This document shows positions 40,574 through 52,050 of a stretch of DNA of 64,000 bases, one piece after another. The DNA is from Felis catus (lineage: Eukaryota), in the NCBI RefSeq assembly GCF_018350175.1, contig NC_058368.1, positions 161,512,001-161,576,000 on the forward strand, given 5' to 3'. The position numbers were made by a program, and so were the translations under genes. Positions within the stretch are counted from its first letter, which is position 1, and each line of letters starts with the position of its first letter. The notes beneath the pieces are model-generated. The model was given only the letters and a program-made list of their open reading frames with translations, made no database searches and was not told where the DNA came from.

Positions 40574-41220
40574 TTTTTTTTTTTTTGTTTTTGTTGTTGT
40601 TGTTGTTGTTGTTATTGTTTGTTTGTTTGTTTGTTTTGAGTTTTTATTTAAATTCTAGTTAGTTAACATATTATGTAATATTAGTTTCAGGAGTAGAATT
40701 TAGTGATTCATCATTTACATATAACACTCAATGCTTGTCACAAGTGCCCTTCTTAATGCCCATCATCCATCTAGCCCATCTCCTGCCCACACCCCTCCAG
40801 CAACCCTCAGTTTGTTCTCTATAGTTAAGAGTCTGTTCTATGTTTTGCCTCACTCTTTCTTTTTTTTTCTTTCCTATGTTTGGTTCTTAAATTCCACATA
40901 TGAGTGAAATCATATGGTATCTGTCTTTCTCAGACTGACTTACTTCGCTTAACATAATACATTCTAACTCTATCCATGTCATTGCAAATGGTAAGATTTC
41001 ATTCTTCTGATGGCTGAGTAATATTCCATTGTATATATATACCACATCTTTATTCACTGATGAATTGATGGACATGTTCGCTCTTTCCGTAATTTGGCTA
41101 TTGATGATAATGTTGCCATAAACATTGGGGTGCATGTGCCCCTTTAAATCAGTATTTTTGTATCCTTTAGGTAAATACCTAGTAGTGCAACTATTGGGTT
41201 GTAGTTCTTATTTAACTTAT
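40574..41220 (-). mobile_element. Carnivore L1 3' end, 5'-truncated
   Basis: T/(GTT)n tail; TTTAAATTCTAGTTAGTTAAC terminus; peptide NEILPFAMTWIELECIMLSEVSQSEKD. Confidence 0.94.
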
Positions 41221-41594
41221 TATCAATGTTGCAGAGCTTGGCATGTATAAGCAACATTATCTATATGATTCTTATATGGATTTTTTAACCCTCGCTTTGT
41301 AGGTTGGCCCTTGTTATGTGATTGCAGAGTCTTAACTCTAAACTTAGTTCTCACTTCTTTGTCTACTACAGGACATGCAAAAACTTCTAACTACATTCAC
41401 CTCAGTACATGCAGGAGCAAAGATAGGGCTGAATATTTTAATCAAGGCTCCTCTTACAACTTCTTGCTGGACACTGGAACCCTGTGGCTGTCACTCTCCA
41501 CAACATCAAATGAGGGTGAGGCCCAGCTCTCTTGGATTTTGACTTTTCTGTCACCATACCTAACACCTCTGTTATAGAATTTTGCCATCCATGG

Positions 41595-42089
41595 GTATAT
41601 AGACTACATAAATGCTCTCAATTCTCTCTACCTTCATGTCTTCATGCCCCTTGCAATGTAAATGTGCTCTCCCGCCCGTCTAGGAGATAGAGTCTATTTC
41701 TCCACTCTGAATCTGGGCTGGGCCAATGATTTACTTTGATCAATAGAATGTGGTGGCAGAAGTGATGCTGTGCAAATTCCCAAGCCTAGGCTCTAAGAGG
41801 TGTTTCATAGCTTAGTTCTATCTATTTGGTCTTCTTCCTTCACCATGATAGCAAGTCTGAGATAAAATGCTGAATGATGAAAAGTCGTGTGGAGCAAAAG
41901 TGATTTATCCCAGTTAAGATCACCCTGTATAAGCAGCCACTAAAGACCTCCTTGCTAACTGCAGGCATATATGCATGAGCAACTCAGATCAGCGTAAATG
42001 TGTTTTCAACCCATAGAGTGATAATAAATAATTGGTAAGACACCTAGGTTTTGGTATGGTTTGTTATACAACAAAAACGGACTGATAGG
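41595..42089 (+). mobile_element. MLT1-type MaLR solo LTR
   Basis: GAGTCTATTTCTCCACTCTGAATCTGGGCTGG, CAATAGAATGTGGTGGCAGAAGTGA, and 3' GGTTTGTTATACAACAA. Confidence 0.8.
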
Positions 42090-43087
42090 TCATTTCCTAA
42101 ATCATTCCCCATGTTCTCATGAAACTAAAATCTTTTTTTAAATTATTATTTTACTTCCTGTACAGAATATCCTGAGTTTTCTATACCCGTGACTTAATGT
42201 TTGATGTGCTGATGCTGGAACTTTGTTTTTACAGAAATTTGTAGCATTTGGAAACCCATTTCACCCTTTTCACAAATTCTTCCTTTAAACATCATTTTTT
42301 CTAAGGTCTCAAAAAGTACTCTTTGAAATTAAAGCATAACAATGATCCCTTTGTGCTAATTGTATCTGTCGTCTCTTTCAGGGAATATATGGCATTCATA
42401 GATTGTGTGGTGAGCCACAGGCAATCTGATATATAACACATGAAAGAATAATTGGTAATCTCTCAATATGACTATTGCCGTCACATATTTATTCCAAGGT
42501 TGTATTAAAATACATTATTAACTCCAAGTATATCCAATACTGACTAAAATTTTTGCAAAGTTTGAAGCTTAATGGTTAATAATAAAAGTGATATGCATGA
42601 AGCTTTCTACATGTACACATACTGTGGTCAACATATCTCATTTAGATACTTTAAAAAACTCTATAAGCAGGCAAGGCACACATTATGATCTTTATATTAT
42701 ATAAAAGGAAATTGAACCTTAGAAATATTTTTAAGTGATAGACCTGAGTCCATCTCAATTTCTGTGGCTTCCAATTTTTATTATTTGCATTATGAGGAAA
42801 AATGAAGTAGAAGAGACAAAATGCACATATCTAGGTATAATATAACGTAGAATGTGCCAACGTATATAGAAAAGGTAAATATGGTGCTGCCATAATTTTA
42901 GGGAGAAAGACATTACTTTTGGCTGACAGATCAGAAGTGGTATTTGAACTGGACTTTACACAAAAGATTAGCTCAGGAATATAACAATGAATCAAAATCA
43001 TAGACATCTATTAATGTAACATACTACACTGATAATAATGGATTTAAAAAAACAACATGAGTGTTTAGCAAAAAGCATGAGCATTTC

Positions 43088-43367
43088 CTAGTAGTGCTAT
43101 TTCTGGGTCATAGGGTGGTTCTATTTTTAAATTTTTGAGGAAACTTCACACTGTTTTACAGAGTGCCTGTACCAGTTTGCATTCCCACCAGCAGTGTAAG
43201 AGGTTTCCCCTTTCTCCACATCCTCACCAACATTTGTTGTTTCCTGAGTTGTTAATTTTAGCCTCTCTGACCGGTGTGAGGTGGTATCTCAATGTGGTCT
43301 TGATTTGTATTTCCCTGATGATGAGTGCTGTTGAGCATCTTTTCAAGTGTCTGTTAGCCATCTGGAT
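43088..43367 (-). mobile_element. L1 inverted segment (end of ORF2)
   Basis: CCAGTTTGCATTCCCACCAGCAGTG and TGATTTGTATTTCCCTGATG are antisense L1; follows the left TSD CATGAGCATTTC at 43076-43087. Confidence 0.92.
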
Positions 43368-43562
43368 GCTGATTCATAGGGGCACATGTACCCCAATGTT
43401 TATAGCAGCTCTATCAACAATAACCAAATTATAGAAATAGCCCAACTGATGGATGGATAAAGAAGATGAGGTGTGTGTATGTACACATATACACATATAC
43501 ATACTATATACACATATACATACACATATACACATATACATACTACCATGGCATGCTACTGT

Positions 43563-43635
<73 letters not shown>

Positions 43636-44102
43636 CCCATATACACATATACATACTACCATGGCATGCTACTGGGCGATGAAAAAGAATGAAATCTTGC
43701 CATTTGCAACAACGTGGATGAAACTGTAGAGTATTATTCTAAGTGAAATAAGCCAGTTGGAAAAAGACAGGTATCATTATGTTTTCACTCATATATGGAA
43801 TTTGAGAAACTTTACAGAAGACCATGGGGGAAAGGTCTTTTTTTCCTAAAAAAATAGTTACAGAGAAGGAGGCAAACCAACAAGAGACTTAAATACAGAC
43901 AACAAAATGAGGATTGATGGGGGTTGTGGCGCAGGGAAAATGGGACATGGACATTGAGGAGGGCACTTGTTGGGATGAGCACTGGGTGCTATATGTAAGT
44001 GATGAATCATGGGAATCTACTCCAGAAGCCAAGAGTATACTATATACATCGTAAATTGACTAATTTGACAATAAGTTATAAAAAGAAACAAAAATTAAAA
44101 TA
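43368..44102 (+). mobile_element. Felid L1 3' part with A-rich tail
   Basis: CTGATTCATAGGGGCACATGTACCCCAATG...GAATCTACTCCAGAAGCC; right TSD CATGAGCATTTC at 44103-44114. Confidence 0.92.
43470..43655. repeat. Complex (TA)/(TACA) microsatellite inside L1
   Basis: Direct reading; contains a 37-bp direct repeat. Confidence 0.93.
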
Positions 44103-44114
44103 CATGAGCATTTC

Positions 44115-44480
44115 AAGTAATGTAGAAAAAGCAATTGTATAAATTCAGTATCAATTTAAAAATTTAATAGCAAACAAAATGCAGGATACTTTTCTTAATT
44201 AATGAGTTCTTTTCAAACACCTATAGCCAACATCATACTTAAAGGTAATATTTCAAAAGCATTCCAATTAAATCAGGAGCATGACAAGGACGTTTTCCAG
44301 GGTGCGACTAGGGTTACGCCAGTAAAGACATGGTCCACATTTGAGTAATTCTCTGAGCGAGTGACCCCTTAAAATTCACACCCTAGGCCTCACACTAGAT
44401 ATTCTAGGCAATAGAACTAAAGACATGTAATTAATGATGACTTGAATAAGGCATAGGAATAGAAAAGGAGAAAAAGCTGT
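44115..44480 (+). mobile_element. Ancient L1M ORF2 relic (host of the younger L1; continues at about 42980-43075)
   Basis: CCTATAGCCAACATCATACTTAA and AAAGCATTCCAATTAAATCAGGAGCATGACAAGGA. Confidence 0.65.
44298..44400. mobile_element. Short hAT-type DNA transposon relic (MER96-like)
   Basis: CAGGGTGCGACTAGGGT start and CCCCTTAAAATTCACACCCTAGG..CACACTAG end resemble recalled MER96 termini. Confidence 0.5.
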
Positions 44481-47400
44481 TTTTGTTAATAAACTATGTA
44501 ATGTCCATTCCACAGATATCAAATATGTATCAGCCTAAATTCTGAGAGGCACCATTTGAACCCCAGACCCATCATATTTCATTTGCAAAACTGAAAATCA
44601 CTAAAGACTTTTGGTATTATAGCAACACTCTCATAATTTTGATAGGAAGGCTCTTATAATTTTCATGATTTAAATAACAAAACAAGCCATATTTCATGGT
44701 CTTACAACTACCAACTTTTATCATATCAGCACATTAGCCCTGTTCAAAACATCTTTTATTTTGGGGGAAAGTGTCTGGTTGGGGGTAGGGTTACCACATG
44801 AATGAGGAACAGTTTTTTATCACCCACATTACTGCCTGTTTCTTCTCCTACTCTTCTTCTCTGACCCTGTTTAATAAAACTCACTACATATATTCAAGAA
44901 GTGTCTCACAGGTGCCACAGTTGAGAGTGTCATCTGTAAGTGGTCTGCTTTCTGTGTCAAAGGGTACTATGATTTTCCAAAGTAGTTGGTACCACTTGTC
45001 ACCACTGACATTAATTCCTACTGTCACCAAGTAATTGGCACCAGACTACTCTTGAGGTCCCTTTCATCAAGTAGGGATCTGTCCCTACACCTGAGCACTG
45101 TGTCCTGTTGCTGCCTCCACATGTTATGTCCCTTCAGTGTGCCAAAGTGACTCTATGCACTCGGACATAATTTGGAGGAGTCAGTATAGTCTTCATTGTG
45201 TGTATGTCTTGTATCCCCACTATCTTACAGAACTTTTAGGGAAAATATTTTTCCAGGTTTATACCTCAGCCCTACTATTTCCGGGATTCAGTCCTGGCCC
45301 CATACCAGAAGATACATTTGAATGACAGGTATCACGCTGTACTTTGAATTGCCCATATCTCTCTTAGCTTAGGAGAGGCTTTCTCATTGTGCAGAATTAT
45401 GTGTTGTCCCCTAAGGTAAATTCTTTCCCTGAAGGGTTCTTTCTACCTACCCCATGCAAAAACTACTTCTGGCCTGTCCTTCCAAATCAGTCTGCCAGAC
45501 ATAGCCAGTTACACCACAGTCAAGAGTAGCTTAGACTCAATTGAGAAACTGTAAATTCTGTTTTTACAGAAAATCCTTTTGTCAGTTATTCAGCTTGATA
45601 GTGAAGGTATGCAAAAATGAAAGTTAATAAAATACAGAATAAATTTGCAAACTCTTAAAACTGAAACAAGTCTTTTCTATTACTTAATCTAGTCACCTTC
45701 CTTCAGAATGTAAATATCTAACAACAATGAGAAAGAGGAGGAGGAGCAGGAGGGAAAGATGACAATGCCCCACTAATTAAACTTCACAAAAAAAGAAAGA
45801 ACACTGTCTGGAATATCAAATACTTTGTACCAGGGTTTCATGTCAAAAGCTTAGACTTAGCTAAAGAAGTAGGATCTAAAAATTCCCCAAACGAGAATCT
45901 TTTAGGAAAAATGCTCTTGGAAAGAGCATTCTGCGGTCTAGGTTTTATGGTTGAAAGCATGAATTTTGGAGAAAGACTTGACTTTGAAGACTTTATTATT
46001 CCTACTAACTGTGTCATAGGTAATTACTTAAATTCTCTCTCAGTTGAATTTTTTATAAAATAGGGCTTATGATTTCACAGAAGCTTTTTAATCAAGATTT
46101 AGTAGGATAGTGTCTTTATATGCTAAGCATAGTCACTGGCATTTAGCAATTACTCAATTAATGGTCACTGTTTTTGTTTTTAAAGTTTGTTCAGATCTTC
46201 GTGACTTCTTGGAACTTTCATTGAATTTTAACCTGTTACTTGTAAAAGACAATATGTATAAATCCTTAAAAACTTTAAGCACCACCCATTCTTCTTCTGG
46301 TCACTTCTGTGATGTACATTAAATTTTCTGAAAGTTGCTGTGGGCATCCAAAAACAATATGTAATATTTTCAAGCTCTCTTGAAGGATTATTTAAACTAT
46401 ATATGCTCAAACATGCATTTCAAATATGTAAGATGAAGTGGACAAACTGATGCCTTAATCAATGAGAAGAAATATCAAGAAGACATAAATTTTAAAAGTG
46501 TAGCACAATTATCCCCTTACTCTGGATCTTTTGGCTCTGAGTAGAATGGTAGTTTTAGCACTTTCCAAGTTAGCCAAGGCCATGGGAGTTATAATTAGAT
46601 AATAAAATGAGAGTAGTATCAAAGTTTTTACACTTTTTATGTGCCTGACAATCATACAAAGAGCAAGTGTCTCTCAAGACAGAATTGACATGGATGGCTC
46701 GACTTGGCAACCACAGGAGCATGAACAGTGTACCTTGAAGAGCAATTGAAATCAACCCATCTTATCAGCACCCACCATGGAAACATGTTCTCTGGAGCTT
46801 GGATTCTCTAGCTCAGAGATTCTTTCAGCTATATTCAAAATAAAGGCTGAGATCATGCACATCAATTTGACTTAATTAGCCTTTTACATGACTTTCATTT
46901 CTGTTAAGTTAGCTAATTAACAACATGCTTCTGAATCAACTCTCTTACTTCTCTCTCTTGAGTTCATGGGCTTCTTCACTCTCATAGTCACTAAAGTCAG
47001 CTCTGTTAATGTCTCTTCTTCAGCAGTGATTCAGGCTTGAGGGTAGTTCCCCATCGAGATACAGTAGCTATACTATTAATTTTGTTCTATACTTTTCTCT
47101 CTCCAGGAAACAGACTATTTAATTCGTGAGATCGCTCTGAGGCAGTGTGTTTATGTTGTTGAGCAGATTTATGTAGTGTCTGTATTGAACAGCTGAGTAT
47201 GCTGGCTGGAAATTACTATACTTGCCACAGATATGAATTTTAAATAAAATTTTTTCCGGTGCCTATTTAAGCAAATGAAGAGAGCCCTCTCCATTACCAA
47301 AATGGATGGCATCTTGTTCCCATATTTTTTTCTTTAAAAAGAGGTGTGATTATATCTTCATGACTCCTTCCATCATTGTTGAATGCATTGTTAAATTAAA

Positions 47401-48069
47401 TACATTTTGTTTGATCAAGATATTTGCATTAAATGACTGATAGCATTAAAATCTGTAACTCCATCCAAACAAGCATCTTGAGAAACTTCTAAATGACTCC
47501 CATACAATATCGGAGCTTGCGATCATGTGACTCAGTCAAATCGATCAATTCTTCATGGAAGGAAAGGCACATTTCTCTCTCAGTTAACCCATAGTTTTGA
47601 TTTTTTTTATATTTACATAGAAAATTTTAATTAGTTCAGAACTTATTCTGGTATAATGTGTGAGGGAATTAGTGTGTTAATTTTTGTTTCCCAAAGTTGG
47701 CAAATTATGTAAGTTATCAATTGACAAATCTGCCTTTCCTATAGTGATGACATACCATCATTATACAAATTGACTTTTAGTTCTCTGTAAACTGGTATCA
47801 GAACTTGTGTCTATCCTTTTGAGCATAAGTGAGAATTACTCAAATTACCCATTTTGCAGAGGAATGGAGAGTATAAAGTTCAAAGATCTGGAACCAGTAT
47901 TCTTTTAACTTATATTAGTACATCTATTCATTCAGTTTGCAAGGGTTTAGTAAATGTTTGGTATTTTATCACAAAGCAATAGGCTTGCCTTACACAGCAT
48001 ACAGTTTCAAGTACTAAGCATTAGCCTTGGTGAATAAATGCCAAACATAGTCAAAATACCCAGTATTTT

Positions 48070-48287
48070 GGGGCGCCTGGGTGGCGCAGTCGGTTAAGCG
48101 TCCGACTTCAGCCAGGTCACGATCTCGCGGTCCGGGAGTTCGAGCCCCGCATCAGGCTCTGGGCTGATGGCTCGGAGCCTGGAACCTGTTTCCGATTCTG
48201 TGTCTCCCTCTCTCTCTGCCCCTCCCCCGTTCATGCTCTGTCTCTCTCTGTCCCAAAAATAAATAAACGTTGAAAAAAAAATTTTAA
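48070..48287 (+). mobile_element. Young felid SINEC_Fc-type element
   Basis: GGGGCGCCTGGGTGGCGCAGTCGG A box and GAGTTCGAGCC B box intact; 17-bp TSD AAAATACCCAGTATTTT at 48053-48069 and 48288-48304. Confidence 0.98.
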
Positions 48288-48984
48288 AAAATACCCAGTA
48301 TTTTGAGGATATTGGAATAGTCACAAGGAAATTTTTTATTGTGATTTACCCAAAACTTTGTGTATCTTATATTCATACAATTTAAATATTCCTTTTAAAG
48401 AGTTACTTTAGCAAAAGATTGCAAATAATACCATATTGAATAACAACGAAATGCCATTATTATTGCTAGATCCTCCATATACAGTTCATCAGAAAAAAGT
48501 CATTTAAAACAAGAATATCAAGTTGACAGTAGGAAATATGTCAATTTGTGGCAAACTAATAATTCCACATGTATTAACTCTTTTAAAATGTACACATGAT
48601 TTTCTTGTGGATGAAATTTGAGACTCTCAACAAGTGGTATATTAAATAAACTTAGTGTTGCCAATTGTGTATGAAGGTAGAGGTGGATGTTGAAACAATT
48701 TTGGTCCAACCTTCGATTTATAGCAAACAATAGCCTTCACAATTTAAAAAAAAAAACCCAAGTTAGAGAGTATAATAAAAACTCAGTGTGTAAATATATA
48801 GAGTTTGCTAATTTGATATAAATTAAGATTTTTATTATTGAGATTCAGTAAGCCCATGTCTCTAACCAGAGGGAAGAGAATGATCTCAAATGTTTTGTAT
48901 TTTTAGCACAGCAGAAATACTGGTAAAGACCAGCATTATGCAATAACTCATCGTGGAATCCTTTCTGAATTATCTGGATAAGAT

Positions 48985-49210
48985 AGTTTAGCAATGTTAA
49001 AACCTCTGATTCTAGAATCTGACAGAGTTCCAAATCCCAGCTCTGCCATTTACTAAATATGTCACAACTTCACCTCTTAGAAAGTGGTGGCCTCATTTGT
49101 AAAATAGGGATAATGAGATGTACTTCAAGGCATGATTAAGGATTAAGTGAAGTTATCATTTCAAAGGGTTTAGCTCAGCTCCAGGAAGAAAGGAAGCATT
49201 CAGTTAAATT
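48985..49210 (+). mobile_element. MIR
   Basis: AAATCCCAGCTCTGCCATTTACTA and CCTCATTTGTAAAATAGGGATAAT. Confidence 0.75.
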
Positions 49211-50299
49211 AGTATCATCTCAGATGAATTGTAATCCCACAGAAGGCAGGAGTCAGGCCTTCTCTTTCTTCTGTGTCCTTCATAAGGTTCATCATACTGT
49301 CCTGCAAACAGTAGGCCTTTCTCTGCATACTTATGAATTTTTTTCTGTACTGACAGATTTCCAATATGCTGTTGGGATGTGCTTTCACATAAACTATTGA
49401 CTAAATGTAACTACATTGAAAATGCAGATTCATCATTTAGAAAATGAGGTTTGTGTCTGTTTTTCCCCTACAGAATTAAACATAAATTTGACTTATAGAC
49501 AACCCAAGAAGAAGACTGAGAAGATTCTCTGTCTTCTGCATTTAAGGAAGGCCAACTGCACAATGAAAAACAAAATAGGGTTCAGTGTAAGCTATCCAGA
49601 TGCTACTGCTATTTCCCTTTCTTGAGGATAATATCTTTTCAGACCTGAAGGCTTTTAACAGCATAAGCTGTTACCCAATTTCCTTTTTACTTTAGCAGGT
49701 TTGTAAATCAGCTAGCTGTGGAAAACACTGAGAAGTCTTGCTCTCAAATGTTCTTATACCTCATATGGCTGTTTAATAAAACACATCCTGCCCACAATTG
49801 AGACAGCAACACTGGAACTTTTATTGAGAGCTGAATTCTAGAAGGTTATATATTATGTTTTTGTAAGATGCTCAGACATAGTGTTTAACCCCATGCCTAT
49901 GGCAATTTTTGTTTTTCTTTAAAGTAGGTAGAGTTGTAGGGACAAGAGAAAGAGAGTTATTTTACTGTGTACCATCTCATTGGCAAGAAGTTATGAATTT
50001 GGTGGGATTTCTAATCCTGATGAGCAATGTTCTTTTTGTCATGCTTTCTAGAAAAGAAATTTAGAGCTAAGTTTCTTTTGGCGCCTCTTTTTATCTAATG
50101 ATATACCAGTGGTAACACTCACATATAAAGATGATTAAAATTCTTCTAGTGACTTAAAGACTATTAGCTCTCCCAAGTACTTCTATGCCATTTATGTCTA
50201 CACATATTATTGAAATAGCATATTTGTGTGGTTAAAGAACACAGCCATGGTGTTCTTATAAGATTAATCATTTTAGAGATAAGACATTTTATTAAGACT

Positions 50300-52050
50300 A
50301 TTTCAGTATTTCTCAGATTATAAGGTTACTTCATGTTTGTTGTAATAACATGAGAAATATGGAAAAGTATGGAGAACATTAATATTACTCAGATGCCTAC
50401 TCTTAGAGACAGCTATTATTAGAATTGTTACAGTTACTCCCAGTATTGAGTTAATAAGTCTGAGTGTATAAATTTATTTTCTTCTCAAATATGCTACACT
50501 GTAACTACCATTTGTATTTCTTTCTCCAAATAATAATTTTGTGAAACTTTTGGAATATTTTTATTTTCACCTGTTAACAAATAATTGTGTTTCTAAGACA
50601 TTATATAATCTTGTCAATAGGTTTATAGAGATTACAGACAATTACTGCCTATAGATAAGCAACAAATATTTTAACTTCCTGCTTTTTTTGGTGCATTTAG
50701 ATTATTTTCATTGTATGCTCTCTTCCCTCATTTATATTATCATGAACAGTGCAAGAGTCATTTTATTTGTATTCAGTCAGCACATTTCAGATTACTTCGT
50801 TAGGACAAATTAGTTAAAGTGGAAACACTGGGTAAACTCTGATGAAAATACTTCAAACATTTGATTGTATATTACCTAACTACTTTCAGAAAGACAAGAC
50901 AATTTATACTCCTAATGGTTACATCTGAAAGAGATATTTCACTCATTTCACGGCATTCCTTCGTAAGATCTTACAATGGCAAAAGCAATATTTGCTTTAA
51001 TCTGCATATTTTATAGCTTCTAGGGAGGCTAACTATGTCTACAAGAGTATTGGCCATTTTCTGTCCTTAATTTAAAAAATATTTCTAATGGAACATGTAT
51101 CTCTTGTATTTTAATGTGTGAGAACTTTTGTATGTAAAATGTAATGACTTTAGTAACTAAACACAAATACTTCTTCCAGTTTCTTGTATCTTCATTTTAA
51201 GAATTTTGTTTATGTTCTTTTTTATATTATTTATCAGTCATCTCCTCACTGTTATATTTTAAAAAATAGTCTCAATTTTAGTCAGACCAGTATTCACCTT
51301 TATTATCTAACTCCAATTTTGTATAGATTAGATTTAATTCAACAGAGCATATTGATAATCAGTTCTTGTTTTGAAGACTATTAGAACTAGGTTTAAATTC
51401 TTTTTCTACCATTTTGGTTTTGTTGAAAATTAGAAATAGCAAAACAGTGGATATGTAGATTTTTTAAATCTAATTTTAAATTAAATTTTGTATACAAAGC
51501 TCTTTTGCCTCACACATTTAATCACTAAATTACTGATGTCATTTATGATGATGATAATTTATATAACCTCTTTAAACTCCTGTGTTCATGTAGGCGTTCT
51601 GGTTTTGTGGGCTGTGAGTGGAATGTATGTGAGTGGGTCAGTATTTAGTATTGTTTTTTAGTTTGTAATTAATTTGCATTATATAATTTCTTTAATATTG
51701 AAAAATGCTATTTCTTTGTTCTATTGATATAATCAATAAATTAGCAATTATTTTAAAATGTCTTATTTTTACATTTCAGAAATAAACTTTGCATGGTTTT
51801 TATGAATTCTTATATAACATATTTTTAGATTATAATGTTTCCTTTAAGAATTTTAAAATCTTTACTTCTAATAGTAATAAGTTTATATTTGTCCCTTTTA
51901 GGGCGTTTTTTGGTCATGTTTTGTTATCAGAATTTAGGATACTTTTATGTAATAAATTTGTTTTTAAAAATGTTTATTATAGACATTATATTTAATTACA
52001 TATATTTATTATTATATCTTTGTGTTTTCTAATTTGTAAAAAAAACCATA
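50300..52050 (-). mobile_element. Highly decayed ancient L1ME-like region
   Basis: Very T-rich, with L1 3' antisense remnants (ACTTTCAGAAAG..CAATTTATACTCC, TTTAATCTGCAT). Confidence 0.5.

Noticed and set aside
43374..43729. YI/HT-repeat ORFs
   Set aside because: Translations of the TA/TACA microsatellite
45910..45930. 9-bp hairpin AATGCTCTT/AAGAGCATT
   Set aside because: Short enough to be chance in 64 kb of AT-rich DNA
48070..48150. tRNA-like sequence with A and B boxes
   Set aside because: SINE head followed by CT tract, A tail and TSD; not a tRNA gene
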